Part shown: piece after piece, positions 20,659 through 31,958 of the stretch
Layout of the letters: every line of letters begins with the position of its first letter
Position numbering within the stretch: the stretch's first letter is position 1
Assembly (NCBI GenBank): GCA_963771175.1
Contig: CAVYSY010000040.1
Location: 320,001-384,000, forward strand
Origin: an uncultured delta proteobacterium
Lineage (GTDB): Bacteria; Myxococcota; Myxococcia; Myxococcales; Myxococcaceae
Length of the DNA stretch: 64,000 nucleotides
Reading direction: 5' to 3'
Made by a program: the position numbers and the translations under genes
The notes under the pieces: generated by a model
What the model saw: only the letters and a program-made list of their open reading frames with translations
Told to the model about the DNA's origin: nothing
Databases searched by the model: none

Positions 20659-21555
20659 ATGCGATTCCTCGTCACGGGTTCCAATGGACTGGTGGGCAGC
20701 CGCGTGTGCACGCTGCTGGAGCAACGGGGCCACGAGGTGGTGGGGCTCGGCCGGGGTCCGCGGCGCACCGGGGGCATGTACCGCTATGTCTCGTGCGACT
20801 TCACGCGCGAGCAGGACGTGGCTACGGCCATCACGGAAGCGGCGCCGGAGGCCATCGTCAACTGCGCCTCGATGACCGAGGTGGATCTGTGCGAGCGCGA
20901 GCCGGAGCTGGCCTATGCGGCCAACGTCACGGGCGCGGCGGCGGTGGCTCGCGGGGCGAAGGCAGTGGGGGCGCACCTGGTGCACGTGTCCACGGATTAC
21001 GTGTTCGACGGGGAGGCGGGCCCCTATGACGAGCAGTCGCTGCCCAACCCGCGGGGCGTCTACGCGCTCACCAAGCACATGGGAGAGCAGGCCGTGCGCG
21101 TGTTCGCTCCCGGGGCCGCTATCGCGCGCACCGCGGTGGTGTATGGCTGGCCGGCGGCGGGCCGGCTCAACTTCGGCGCGTGGCTGGTGAGCACGCTGTC
21201 CCAGGGACAGCCGGTGAAGCTCTTCGAGGACCAGCTCATCTCTCCGAGCTTCGCGGACAACGTGGCGGAGATGCTGGTGGAGCTGGGCGAGCGCAAGCTG
21301 GGCGGGGTGTGGAACACCTGTGGCGCGGAGGTCGTGGACCGCGTCACCTTCGGCCGCGCGCTGTGCGAGCTGTTCGGGTTCGACCCCAAGCTCATCACCT
21401 CGGTGAAGATGGCCGAGCTGAAGCTGGCCAGTCCACGGCCCTTACGCAGCGGTTTGAAGGTGGACAAGGCGCGGGCGAACCTGCTTGCCCGTCCACTCGG
21501 GCTCCACGAATCGTTGGCCCGGTTCCATGCAGCCTGGAGGGCACGGACGTCATGA
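20659..21555 (+). CDS. rmlD: dTDP-4-dehydrorhamnose reductase
   Basis: [29 protein letters not shown]; between rmlB and rmlA. Confidence 0.93.
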   Translation: MRFLVTGSNGLVGSRVCTLLEQRGHEVVGLGRGPRRTGGMYRYVSCDFTREQDVATAITEAAPEAIVNCASMTEVDLCEREPELAYAANVTGAAAVARGAKAVGAHLVHVSTDYVFDGEAGPYDEQSLPNPRGVYALTKHMGEQAVRVFAPGAAIARTAVVYGWPAAGRLNFGAWLVSTLSQGQPVKLFEDQLISPSFADNVAEMLVELGERKLGGVWNTCGAEVVDRVTFGRALCELFGFDPKLITSVKMAELKLASPRPLRSGLKVDKARANLLARPLGLHESLARFHAAWRARTS

Positions 21556-22433
21556 AGGGAATCGTGCTGGCAGGTGGTTCGGGTACGCGGCTGTATCCGC
21601 TGACGCGCGTCGTCAGCAAGCAGCTGCTGCCCGTCTACGACAAGCCGATGGTGTATTACCCGCTCACCACGCTGATGCTGGCGGGCATCCGGGACATCCT
21701 CCTCATCTCCACGCCCACGGATCTGCCTCGCTTCGAGGAGCTGCTGGGCAATGGCGAGCAGTGGGGCATGCGCTTCCAGTACGCCGTGCAGCCGCGCCCG
21801 GAGGGGCTCGCGCAGGCCTTCGTCATCGGCCGCGAGTTCGTGGGGAAGGATCGGGTGTCGCTCATCCTCGGCGACAACATCTTCTACGGCCACGGGCTGA
21901 GCGACCTGATGCAGCGGGCCGCGGCGCGCGAGTCGGGCGCCACCGTCTTCGGCTACTACGTGAGGGATCCGGAGCGCTACGGCGTGGTCGAGCTGGACGC
22001 TCGGAACCGGGCCATGAGCATCGAGGAGAAGCCGGCCCAGCCCCGGTCCAACTACGCGGTGACGGGCCTGTACTTCTACGACAACCAGGTGCTGGACATC
22101 GCAGCGGAGCTGAAGCCCTCCAAGCGCGGCGAGCTGGAGATTACCGACGTCAACGCGGAGTACCTGCGACGCGGGCAGCTAGACGTGGAGCTCATGGGCC
22201 GCGGCTACGCGTGGCTGGACACGGGCACCCACGAGTCGCTGATGCAGGCCTCCAGCTTCATCCAGATCATCGAGGAGCGGCAGGGGCTCAAGGTGGCCTG
22301 TCCCGAGGAGATCGCCTGGCGGATGGGCTACATCGACGCGGAGCAGGTGGCGAGGCTCGCCGAGCCCATGCGCAAGAACGAGTACGGGCAGTACCTGCTG
22401 CGGCTCCTGGAGAACAAGGGAGCACGAGGGTGA
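21552..22433 (+). CDS. rmlA: Glucose-1-phosphate thymidylyltransferase
   Basis: [49 protein letters not shown]. Confidence 0.98.
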   Translation: MKGIVLAGGSGTRLYPLTRVVSKQLLPVYDKPMVYYPLTTLMLAGIRDILLISTPTDLPRFEELLGNGEQWGMRFQYAVQPRPEGLAQAFVIGREFVGKDRVSLILGDNIFYGHGLSDLMQRAAARESGATVFGYYVRDPERYGVVELDARNRAMSIEEKPAQPRSNYAVTGLYFYDNQVLDIAAELKPSKRGELEITDVNAEYLRRGQLDVELMGRGYAWLDTGTHESLMQASSFIQIIEERQGLKVACPEEIAWRMGYIDAEQVARLAEPMRKNEYGQYLLRLLENKGARG

Positions 22434-22981
22434 AGGTTCTCGAGACGGAACTGCCGGGCGTCCTCCTCCTCGAGCCCGCGCGCTTTGGTGACGAGCGTGG
22501 CTTCTTCATGGAGCTGTTCCACGCGCGGCGCTATGCGGAGGCGGGCATCCCGGGTCCCTTCGTGCAGGACAACTTCTCGCGCTCGGGGAGGGGCACCCTG
22601 CGGGGGCTGCACTTCCAGGAGCCGAACGCGCAGGGGAAGCTGGTGCAGGTGCTGGCGGGCGCCGTCTATGACGTGGCGGTGGACGTGCGCCGGGGCTCGC
22701 CGACCTTCGGCCGGTGGGTGGGCGTGGAGCTGTCCGCGGACAACCGGCGCCAGTTCTGGGTGCCGCCGGGCTTCGCCCACGGCTTCTGCGTCCTCTCCGA
22801 GCGCGCGGACTTCCTCTACAAGTGCACGGACTTCTACGCGCCCACCTCCGAGCGGAGCATCGCCTGGAATGACCCGGAGCTGGCCATCCCCTGGCCGGTG
22901 TCCACTCCTCTGCTGTCTCCCAAGGACGCCGCGGCGCCGCACCTGAAGGACGCGCCGGTGCTGCCCGTGTTCGCGGGCTAG
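22430..22981 (+). CDS. rmlC: dTDP-4-dehydrorhamnose 3,5-epimerase
   Basis: [40 protein letters not shown] overlap with rmlA. Confidence 0.97.
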   Translation: MKVLETELPGVLLLEPARFGDERGFFMELFHARRYAEAGIPGPFVQDNFSRSGRGTLRGLHFQEPNAQGKLVQVLAGAVYDVAVDVRRGSPTFGRWVGVELSADNRRQFWVPPGFAHGFCVLSERADFLYKCTDFYAPTSERSIAWNDPELAIPWPVSTPLLSPKDAAAPHLKDAPVLPVFAG

Positions 22982-23012
22982 TCTGGCCGCCGTGCAAGGG
23001 GAGGGAGGGGCG

Positions 23013-24101
23013 ATGTTCTGCTCGCTTCCATTCGTGCCCGTGTTGCTGCTGTCCGCCCTGCTCGCCACGGGCTGTGTCTCGACCTCTGGCGTCCGGAGTG
23101 ACTCCCGGGCCGAGTCCCTGCGCATCCAGACGGACGACGGCTGGGGCCTGGCGATGCGGCGCATCGCTCCCGAGGGGCCGGTACGCGGGCGCCCGGTGCT
23201 GCTCGTGCCTGGGCTGGCATCGGGCGACGTGAGCCTGGTGCTGGAGCCGGAGCACAGCCTGGGCTGGTGGCTGGCGGCCCACGGGCGCGAGGTGTGGACG
23301 GTGGCGCTGCGCGGCACGGGGAACTCGGATCGCACGGACGCGGCCGCGGGGCGCCCGCCGGGCTACGGCTTCGACACGCTCTGGCGGGAGGATCTGCGCG
23401 CGGCCCTGCACACCGTGCGCGCGCGCACCGGGGCGGACGAGGTGGACGTCGTCGCCTACAGCCTGGGAGCGCTGCTCCTCTATGCCTACCTCGCCGAGGA
23501 TGGAGATGGCATCGCGGCGGCGGTGGCCCTGGCCGCGCCCACGCGGATGGACCGGAGCGGGACGTGGTTGAAGGTCCTCGCGAAGGTGGGCGACCGCTGG
23601 GTGTCTCGCGAGGACACGCTCGACATGGGCTTCCTGGCCTCGCTGACGGCCCCGGTGCAGGCGTACCTGCGCGGCAACCCGGTGGAGCGCATCGCCCTCA
23701 ACGCGCGCAACACGCCGCGCGAGCGGTGGCGGCGCTTCGTGGGGTGCGTCTTCGGCGAGCTCTCCGGGGGCGTGGTGAGGGATCTCATCCGCATGCAGCG
23801 AACCGGGCGCTTCACCAACCCGGACGGGAGCCGCGACTACCGGGCGGGCCTCGGGCACGTGCGCGTGCCGGTGCTGGTGATGGCGGGCGAGGGAGACCTG
23901 ATCGCTCCCGTGGACGCGGTGCGGGACGGGTACCTCGCGCTCGGCGGCCCCAAGGCGTGGCGACTGCTGGGCACCAGCGAGGGGCTCGCGGCGGACTATG
24001 GCCACGTGGACGTGCTCATCGGCGAGCGCGCCCCCTACGAGGTGTGGGCGCCGCTGCTCGAGTTCCTGGACCGGGCCGCTGCTGGCCGCGCCGTGCAGTG
24101 A
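23013..24101 (+). CDS. Alpha/beta-hydrolase lipoprotein (lipase-like)
   Basis: Lipobox-like LATGC; LLVPGL oxyanion region, AYSLG nucleophile elbow, GDLIAP, YGHVD. Confidence 0.82.
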   Translation: MFCSLPFVPVLLLSALLATGCVSTSGVRSDSRAESLRIQTDDGWGLAMRRIAPEGPVRGRPVLLVPGLASGDVSLVLEPEHSLGWWLAAHGREVWTVALRGTGNSDRTDAAAGRPPGYGFDTLWREDLRAALHTVRARTGADEVDVVAYSLGALLLYAYLAEDGDGIAAAVALAAPTRMDRSGTWLKVLAKVGDRWVSREDTLDMGFLASLTAPVQAYLRGNPVERIALNARNTPRERWRRFVGCVFGELSGGVVRDLIRMQRTGRFTNPDGSRDYRAGLGHVRVPVLVMAGEGDLIAPVDAVRDGYLALGGPKAWRLLGTSEGLAADYGHVDVLIGERAPYEVWAPLLEFLDRAAAGRAVQ

Positions 24102-24200
24102 GCGACGGGGCGCCGCTGCCTCGGGTGCTCCGAGGGTAGACGGGCGAGCACGCTCCCTCCGGAATGCGCATCCTTGGTCTGCCACCTGCAAGGAGGCGTG

Positions 24201-25238
24201 ATGGTTCTCCCAGGCAAGGGGATGAGCTGGAAGGAGTTCTTCACCGAGCTGAAGAACGAGTACAAGAACGACAAGATCAGCAACGTCGCTGGCGCGGTGA
24301 CGTTCTTCGTCGTGCTGGCGCTGTTTCCCTTCCTCCTGTTCCTCGTGGCGCTGGCGGGCCTCATCATCGATCCCGCCCAGGCCGAGGTGCTGATCCAGGA
24401 GTTGGGCCGGGTGGCCCCGGAGGCGGTGACGCAGATCATCGGCCAGCGCCTGCATGACCTGGCGTCGAGCGACAGCGTGGGGCTGCTGACGGTGGGCGCC
24501 GTGGGCGCGGTGTGGGCGGCCTCGGGCGGAGTGGTGGCGGCGATGCATGCGCTCAACACCGTCTATGACGTGGAGGAGTCGCGGCCCTTCTGGAAGGTGC
24601 GCGGCATCGCCCTCCTGGTGACGCTGGGCGGCGCGGTGCTCTCCATCCTCGCCTCGCTGGCCATGGTGGGCATGCCCGCCGTCGCGAAGTGGCTGGGTGA
24701 GCCACTCGGCACCGTGGTGATGTGGTTGCGCCTGCCGGTCGCCGGCCTGCTGATGATGCTGGTGTGGGCGTTCATCTACTACCTGCTGCCCGACGTGAAG
24801 CAGACGTTCAGGTTCATCACGCCCGGCTCGGTGGTGGGCGTCATCATCTGGTTGGTCGCGTCCTGGGGCTTCTCGATGTACGTGCGCAACTTCGGCAAGT
24901 ACGACGCGAACTATGGCGCGCTCGGCGGCGTCATCGTGATGCTGCTGTGGATGTGGATCTCCTCGCAGGTCGTCCTGCTGGGCGCGGAAGTCAACGCCGT
25001 GCTCGAGCACCGCTCGCCCGAGGGCAAGTCACCGGGGCAGAAGCGGCCGGGCCAGGGGGGCCCCGCGATGACCAAGGGCCAGAAGCGGCAGCAGGAGCAG
25101 AAGGAACTGGAAGAGCGCCTGCGTCCCCAGCTTCCGCCCCGGCCCGAGCCGGCCCGGATGACGCCGCTGGGGGCGGCGGCCACCTGGGCCTCGGGCTTCG
25201 GGCTGGGGCTGTTGCTGTTGCGCCGCTCCAACCGCTAG
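24201..25238 (+). CDS. YihY / BrkB family membrane protein
   Basis: AGAVTFF..LALFP, ALNTVYDVEESRPFW, YGALGGVIVMLLW, LLGAEVN; AGGAGG RBS. Confidence 0.92.
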   Translation: MVLPGKGMSWKEFFTELKNEYKNDKISNVAGAVTFFVVLALFPFLLFLVALAGLIIDPAQAEVLIQELGRVAPEAVTQIIGQRLHDLASSDSVGLLTVGAVGAVWAASGGVVAAMHALNTVYDVEESRPFWKVRGIALLVTLGGAVLSILASLAMVGMPAVAKWLGEPLGTVVMWLRLPVAGLLMMLVWAFIYYLLPDVKQTFRFITPGSVVGVIIWLVASWGFSMYVRNFGKYDANYGALGGVIVMLLWMWISSQVVLLGAEVNAVLEHRSPEGKSPGQKRPGQGGPAMTKGQKRQQEQKELEERLRPQLPPRPEPARMTPLGAAATWASGFGLGLLLLRRSNR

Positions 25239-25259
25239 CGGCACGACTCCACCTGCCGC

Positions 25260-26858
25260 CTAACGGCGCTGGGCGGCGTGGTAGGGGTTCTTCTCGAGGA
25301 ACTCGGCGAAGTTGCCGTTGAAGTCGCTGATGGGCTTGCCCTCATCCAGGCTCCAGATGCGGGTGGCCACCTCGGAGATGAGCTCCTGGTCGTGCGTCAC
25401 GACGATGACGGTGCCCTCGTACTTCTGCAGGCCCTCGGCCAGCGCGCTGATGGACTCCAGGTCCAGGTGGTTGGTGGGCTCGTCGAGCACCAGCACGTTG
25501 TCCATGTTGAGCATCAGCTTGCAGAGCAGCAGGCGCACCGTCTCACCACCGGACAGGGTGTCGGTGGGCTTCATCCGCTCCTCGCCCGAGAAGAGCATCC
25601 GGCCCATCACGCCGGAGATCTCCTCGTTGGTGAGCTTGGTGTTGATGTCGCGCAGCCACTCGAAGGCGGTGGTGCCCTTGCGGATGGTGCCGTGGTGGTC
25701 CTGCGGCAGGTAGCCCAGGGAGGCCTGGTGGCCCAGGGTGATCTTCCCCGCGTCCGGCTCGAGCTGCCCGGCGAGCATCTTCACCAGCGTGGACTTGCCC
25801 ACGCCGTTGCGGCCGATGACGCAGATCTTCTCGCCCTTGCACACCAGTCCGGTGAAGGGCTGGACGACCTTCTGGCCGTCGTAGCTCTTGGCGAGGCCCT
25901 CGAACTGCAGCGTCTGCTTGCCGCTGGCCTGCTTCTGGTCGAAGCGGATGAAGGGGCGCGCGATGTTCGAGCGCTTGAGGTCATCGGTCTTCAGCTTGTC
26001 GATCTGCTTGATGCGGCTCTGCACCTGGGAGGCGCGCGTGCCGGCGTGGAAGCGGGCGACGAAGTCCTGGAGCTGGGCGATCTTCTTCTTCTTCTCGGAG
26101 ACCTCGGACTCGACCCGGCTGCGCAGCTGGGACTTCTGCCTCACCATGTCGTCGTAGCCACCGTTGTACTGGATGATGGTCTCGTAATCGATGTCCGCGA
26201 TGTGCGTGCAGATGGAGTTGAGGAAGTGCCGGTCGTGGCTGATGGTGATGAGCACGCCCTCGAACGCCATGAGGAACGTCTCCAGCCAGCGGATGGAGTC
26301 GATGTCCAGGTTGTTGGTGGGCTCGTCGAGCAGCAGGCCCTGGGGCTTGCCGAAGAGCGCCTGGGCGAGCAGCACGCGCAGCTTGAGGCCGCCGGTGAGC
26401 TGCTTCATCGGCCCCTCGTGGGAGGCCGCCGGAATGCCGAGGCCCTCGAGCAGCGCGGCCGCCTCGGACTCGGCGCTGTAGCCGTCCTCCTCGGCGATGA
26501 CCATCTCCAGCTCGCCCAGCCGGTTGCCGTCCTCGTCGGTGATGTCGGGCTTGGCGAGGATGGTGTCCTTCTCCTTCATGGCCTCCCACAGGCCCTTGTT
26601 GCCCATGAGGACGACGTCGAGGACGCGGTCGTCCTCGTAGCGGAAGTGGTCCTGGCGGAGGATGCCCAGCTTCTTGGGGCGGGAGATGGTGCCCATGTCC
26701 GCCTCCTCGTCTCCGGCGAGGATCTTCATGAACGTGGACTTGCCCGCCCCGTTGGGGCCGGTGAGGCCGTAGCGGCGGCCGGGCGAGAAGGCGACGTTGA
26801 CCTCCTCGAAGAGCTTCTTGGGCCCGTAGGCCTTGGAGACGTTGACGATGGTGAACAT
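25260..26858 (-). CDS. ABC-F family ATPase (YbiT/YkpA-like)
   Basis: Two NBDs (GPNGAGKST, GRNGVGKST), LLLDEPTNNLD and LDEPTNHLD, SHDRHFL, no TM segments. Confidence 0.95.
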   Translation of the reverse strand: MFTIVNVSKAYGPKKLFEEVNVAFSPGRRYGLTGPNGAGKSTFMKILAGDEEADMGTISRPKKLGILRQDHFRYEDDRVLDVVLMGNKGLWEAMKEKDTILAKPDITDEDGNRLGELEMVIAEEDGYSAESEAAALLEGLGIPAASHEGPMKQLTGGLKLRVLLAQALFGKPQGLLLDEPTNNLDIDSIRWLETFLMAFEGVLITISHDRHFLNSICTHIADIDYETIIQYNGGYDDMVRQKSQLRSRVESEVSEKKKKIAQLQDFVARFHAGTRASQVQSRIKQIDKLKTDDLKRSNIARPFIRFDQKQASGKQTLQFEGLAKSYDGQKVVQPFTGLVCKGEKICVIGRNGVGKSTLVKMLAGQLEPDAGKITLGHQASLGYLPQDHHGTIRKGTTAFEWLRDINTKLTNEEISGVMGRMLFSGEERMKPTDTLSGGETVRLLLCKLMLNMDNVLVLDEPTNHLDLESISALAEGLQKYEGTVIVVTHDQELISEVATRIWSLDEGKPISDFNGNFAEFLEKNPYHAAQRR

Positions 26859-27116
26859 GGGGGGCGCTTTCTAGCGGAAGGGGTAGGCGGCCGGAAGGCG
26901 CGCGACACGTTGAATTCGCAGGGACCGGCGGTGCGGACCCCTTGTAACCCCTGAAGGCACGAATTCATGCCGCCGAAGGGGCGGAACTCGGCTCCCGGAC
27001 AGGTATCGATGTAGGACACCGACCATCGACCGGGGCCCTGGATGCCCGCCTGGAGGGCTGGGAGAGGCTTGCGCGGCCGATGGGCGAGCCAGCGACAGAG
27101 GGGGCGTTGCGCGAGC

Positions 27117-27547
27117 CTAGGCCAGTGCCAGGGGTTCGGGGGAGATGAGGTCCGTGCCGTTGAAGATCCTTCCGTTCAAGCGGCGCGCCAGTTCCAGCGC
27201 GGCTTTCAGGAAGACATCCTCGGAGAGAACGTCGGAGGTTCCCACGACGCCGACCAACCACTTGGTCTGTGCCACGAAGTCCAAGCAACTCCTTCCTGAC
27301 GGATTCGGGAAGATCCTGGCGCCGCCCGAAGTAGCTGTAGCTACCGAGGATGATCTTGCCGAACGGATCCATCGGTCCGGTGAACTCCAGGGAATTGAAC
27401 GTGAGCGTTCCCTGGGCGCTCGTGAAGCTCGCGGAACTCCACCGCTCAGGTTCGCCCTCCCAGTGCAGCAACCACCCGGGAAGGACATTCCGCACGGACC
27501 TCGACGGCCTGATGAGCAACGACCGGGCTGTAGATGGTGCAACGCAC
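27117..27547 (-). pseudogene. Fragmented hypothetical protein (two apparent frameshifts), lower GC
   Basis: Protein-like text passes through three frames: VRCTIYSPVVAHQAVEV / RNVLPGWLLHWEGEPERW..GSYSYF / LDFVAQTKWLVGVVG..RLNGRIFNGTDLI; purine-rich RBS before GTG 27547. Confidence 0.45.
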
Positions 27548-27692
27548 GTTTTCCCCTCTCTTTACTTGGTACGTCCACCGGAGATTTCCCGGCCTCCAGA
27601 ATGGCCCGTTCTGGTCAGGATGCGTGTCCCACTCATCGCTCACCGCGCTCAGGCGGCCTCGGCGGGGATCCGCGTTCGTCTACACTGGGTGC

Positions 27693-28520
27693 GTGCCGCT
27701 CCACTCCGAGCAGAGTCCCCCCTCGGGGGTCCGCGCCAGGCTCCACGAGGTCATCTTCGAGTCGAAGACCCCGGCGGGGAAGGCGTTCGACGTGGCGCTG
27801 CTGTGGGCCATCCTGCTCAGCGTCCTCGCGGTGATGTTGGAGAGCGTGGGCCCCATCCGCGCGAGGTACGGGGCGTTCATCCGCATCACGGAGTGGGTCT
27901 TCACCGCCCTCTTCACCCTGGAGTACGTGCTGCGGCTCATCGCCGTCGGGCGCCCCCTGCTCTACGCGCGGAGCTTCTTCGGCCTGGTGGATCTGCTGGC
28001 CATCCTGCCCTCCTTCGTGAGCCTGCTGCTGCCCGGGACGCAGTCGCTGCTGGTGGTCCGGGTGCTGCGCCTGTTGCGCGTCTTCCGCGTGCTCAAGCTG
28101 GTGAGCTTCCTCGGGCAGGCCGAGATCCTCCTCACCGCCCTGCGCGCGAGCCGGCCGAAGATCACCGTCTTCCTGGGCGCGGTGCTGAGCACGGTCGTCA
28201 TCGCGGGCGCGGTGATGTACATGGTGGAGGGCGAGGAGAGTGGCTTCGACAGCATCCCGCGTGGGATGTACTGGGCCATCGTCACCATGACGACGGTGGG
28301 CTTTGGCGACATCACCCCCAAGACGGTCCCCGGGCAGTTCATCGCGTCGGTGCTGATGATCATGGGCTACGGCGTCATCGCGGTCCCCACGGGCATCGTG
28401 TCGGTGGAGCTCGTGGCGGCCTCCCGGCAGGGCCTCAACCCCGAGGCCTGCCCCGGCTGTGGTGCCGAGGGTCATGACCTGGACGCGGTGTACTGCAAGC
28501 GTTGCGGCACCCACCTCTGA
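27693..28520 (+). CDS. Voltage-gated potassium channel (Ion_trans) with C-terminal Zn-ribbon-like tail
   Basis: S4 RVLRLLRVFRVLK, pore YWAIVTMTTVGFGD, tail CPGC..CKRC. Confidence 0.93.
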   Translation: MPLHSEQSPPSGVRARLHEVIFESKTPAGKAFDVALLWAILLSVLAVMLESVGPIRARYGAFIRITEWVFTALFTLEYVLRLIAVGRPLLYARSFFGLVDLLAILPSFVSLLLPGTQSLLVVRVLRLLRVFRVLKLVSFLGQAEILLTALRASRPKITVFLGAVLSTVVIAGAVMYMVEGEESGFDSIPRGMYWAIVTMTTVGFGDITPKTVPGQFIASVLMIMGYGVIAVPTGIVSVELVAASRQGLNPEACPGCGAEGHDLDAVYCKRCGTHL

Positions 28521-28656
28521 CCCGACTTTCCTGATGAATAAGAGGCTCTCCAGCCCCCAACGGGAGGGGGTCCTACACGGTGGGATGCCGGGCAGGGGGG
28601 CGGCCATGCGGATAGCGGGCATGTCCCGTGCCCGTCGCGGGTATAAGGCGGCGTCA

Positions 28657-29835
<1,179 letters not shown>

Positions 29836-29839
29836 GCGC

Positions 29840-30689
29840 GTGGACTCCCAGAATCCTCGTGATGGCGACTTCGAGCTGGTGACGTTGCGCAACGGCTCGC
29901 GGGCGGTGCGGCACCTCGGACATGGCGAGGTGATGCACCCCGTCGGTGGGCCCGTGGCAGGAGGCGCTGCGTCTCTACGTGGAGCAGCCGCGTCTGGCCG
30001 AGCGCCTGCGCACCCCGGGAGCCCCCCTGGTCATCCACGACGTGGGCCTGGGCGCGGCCACCAACGCGGTGGCGGCGCTCACCTGCGCGCGCGAGCTGGG
30101 CGCCGAGCGCCGGCGGGCACTGGAGCTGGTGAGCTTCGAGGTGGACCTGGCGCCGTTGCGGCTCGCGCTGGCGGACGCGGCGGGCTTCCCCTTCCTGCAA
30201 CCCTTCCGCGAGGCGGCCGAGGCCCTCATGCGCGACGGCGTGTGGGAAGGGGAGGGCGTGCGCTGGAGGCTGCACCTGGGGGATGCGCAGGGGCTGCTCC
30301 GGGCGGAGCTGCCGAAGGCGGACCTGGTGTTCTTCGACCCGTTCTCCCCGGCGTCCAACCCGGAGATGTGGACGACGGCGGTGCTGTCGCGGGTGAGGGA
30401 GTGCTGCCGGGAGGACGAGGAGGGGGCGCTGCTGCTGACGTACAGCGCGGCCACCCCCACGCGAGTCACGCTGCTGCTCGCGGGCTTCTACGTGGGCGCG
30501 GGGTTGTCCACGGGGACGAAGGGGGAGACCACGGTGGCGGCCACTCGCCGCGAGTCCCTGGCCTCACCCCTGGGCGAGCGCTGGCTGGAGCGGTGGCGCC
30601 GCTCCTCGTCCCGCGCTCCCCACGGTGGGTCGCTTACGCCGGAGGTCGAGACGCGGGTGCTTGCCCACCCGCAGTGGTCCGCGCGGTGA
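29840..30689 (+). CDS. MnmC/MnmD-like SAM-dependent methyltransferase; +1 frameshift in C run at 29938-29941
   Basis: GEVMHP(SVGP)WQEA..LYV, DVGLGAATNA, VFFDPFSPASNPEMWT, TYSAAT, GTKGETT; begins 4 nt after tgt stop. Confidence 0.82.
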
Positions 30690-31267
30690 GCCCGGGCGTC
30701 GGCCACGGCCTCGGTCTGCTCGGACCAGCGGACGTGGAAGGTGGCGGACTGGCCGTCGAAGCCCTCGGGGACGACGGCGACCCGCTGACCGCCCGTCAGC
30801 TCCACCACGCGGGCCAGTACCCCGGCCGCGAAGGTCGGCTGCTCCGCCATGATGTCGTTCAGCCACACCTCCATGAAGGTGGGCCCCCGCTCCACGATGC
30901 GCACCTCGCAGCAATTGGTGCTGCTGCGGAAGCCGAGCCGGGCCTGCGCCAGGGCCCTCCGGGGACCCGCCAGCCGGACCATCCCGAGCAGCGCGCGACC
31001 GAAGAGGGTGGAGAAGTAGCCATCGATGAAGCGCTCGCCGAGCGAGTAATACGCGGCCTCGGCGGGCATCCCCGCGTAGACGTGATCCGCCGCGACGCGG
31101 AGGAACTGCCTCCACTGCTCACGCGTGTAGGTGGGAGACAGCTTCTGGTCGAGGTCGAGTCCGGCCTCACGCAGGCGCATGCGGCACGAGGGCGTGAGTC
31201 GGTTCTCGAGTGCCTTGAGGAAGAGCGCCTCGACGGTCCCTGCATAGACGAGCTTTTCGCCGGCCAT
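30488..31267 (-). CDS. DUF2378 family (Myxococcales-restricted) protein
   Basis: EKLVY..TVEALF, RLREAGLDL..L..TY..W, LGERFIDGY.ST.FGRA, GPRRAL pattern. 3' end uncertain (overlaps methyltransferase by ~200 nt). Confidence 0.82.
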   Translation of the reverse strand: MAGEKLVYAGTVEALFLKALENRLTPSCRMRLREAGLDLDQKLSPTYTREQWRQFLRVAADHVYAGMPAEAAYYSLGERFIDGYFSTLFGRALLGMVRLAGPRRALAQARLGFRSSTNCCEVRIVERGPTFMEVWLNDIMAEQPTFAAGVLARVVELTGGQRVAVVPEGFDGQSATFHVRWSEQTEAVADARAHRADHCGWASTRVSTSGVSDPPWGARDEERRHRSSQRSPRGEARDSRRVAATVVSPFVPVDNPAPT

Positions 31268-31462
31268 AGGGTTGTTGGTATACCCGGTCGGCAGCCCTCC
31301 GCGCTACATGCTCGTCCAGGGCCCATGCACTTGTGCACAACTGGTGAACAAAAATCAGGGATTACAGTGGGGATGAGCAACTCCGGGTGCGGTTCGGGCT
31401 CACGCGGGGAACGCGGAAACTGCTGAAATGTGGGACATGCACCCCAGAGGCAGACTCCTTAT

Positions 31463-31504
31463 GGTCTGATAGAAGGACTGAATTCAGACCGATTCAAGGT
31501 CTGT
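31463..31504. promoter_or_regulatory. Probable antitoxin operator array
   Basis: Near-perfect palindrome GGACTGAATTCAGACC (31475-31490) flanked by half-sites GGTCTGA (31463) and GGTCTGT (31498), just upstream of the Phd-family gene. Confidence 0.6.
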
Positions 31505-31520
31505 TCACGGAGGTGTACCG

Positions 31521-31814
31521 ATGCGCTCCCTGCGAGTGTCCGAAGACATTGTTCCAGTCAGCGACTTCAAGGCCCAGGCGTCCGAGTGGCTTCGGCGCAT
31601 CGGGGAGTCCGGACAGCCACTCGTCATCACCCAGAATGGCAAGCCAGCGGGTGTCCTTCTCTCTCCCCGGTCGTTCGATAGCCTGATGGAACGCGCTCGT
31701 TTCCTGGCGGCCGTCGAGGAGGGGCTCGCGGATGCGGAGGCCGGACGGGTTCACTCACATGAGGCCGTCGTGGCCGAGATGAAGGCGCGTTTCCAGAAGC
31801 GCGCGCCGAAGTGA
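31521..31814 (+). CDS. Phd/YefM family antitoxin
   Basis: DIVPVSDFKAQASEWL..PLVITQNGKPAGVLLS; C-terminal EGLADAEAGRVHSHE; GGAGG RBS. Confidence 0.9.
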   Translation: MRSLRVSEDIVPVSDFKAQASEWLRRIGESGQPLVITQNGKPAGVLLSPRSFDSLMERARFLAAVEEGLADAEAGRVHSHEAVVAEMKARFQKRAPK

Positions 31815-31958
31815 GCCACCGGAAGTCAGGACGACGATTGAGCGAACCGGAATGGGAGGCGGTGACCCTTCGTTGCCCTCTGATGGTTCTGGACGCCGCC
31901 GTGAACTTTTCCCGGATGGCCACCCGGCCTACCGCCTAGAGTCCTCACCGTGATGGAA

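Noticed and set aside
31811..31940. Short ORF after the antitoxin as its toxin
   Set aside because: Too short and lacks RelE/ParE/PIN/Doc motifs.
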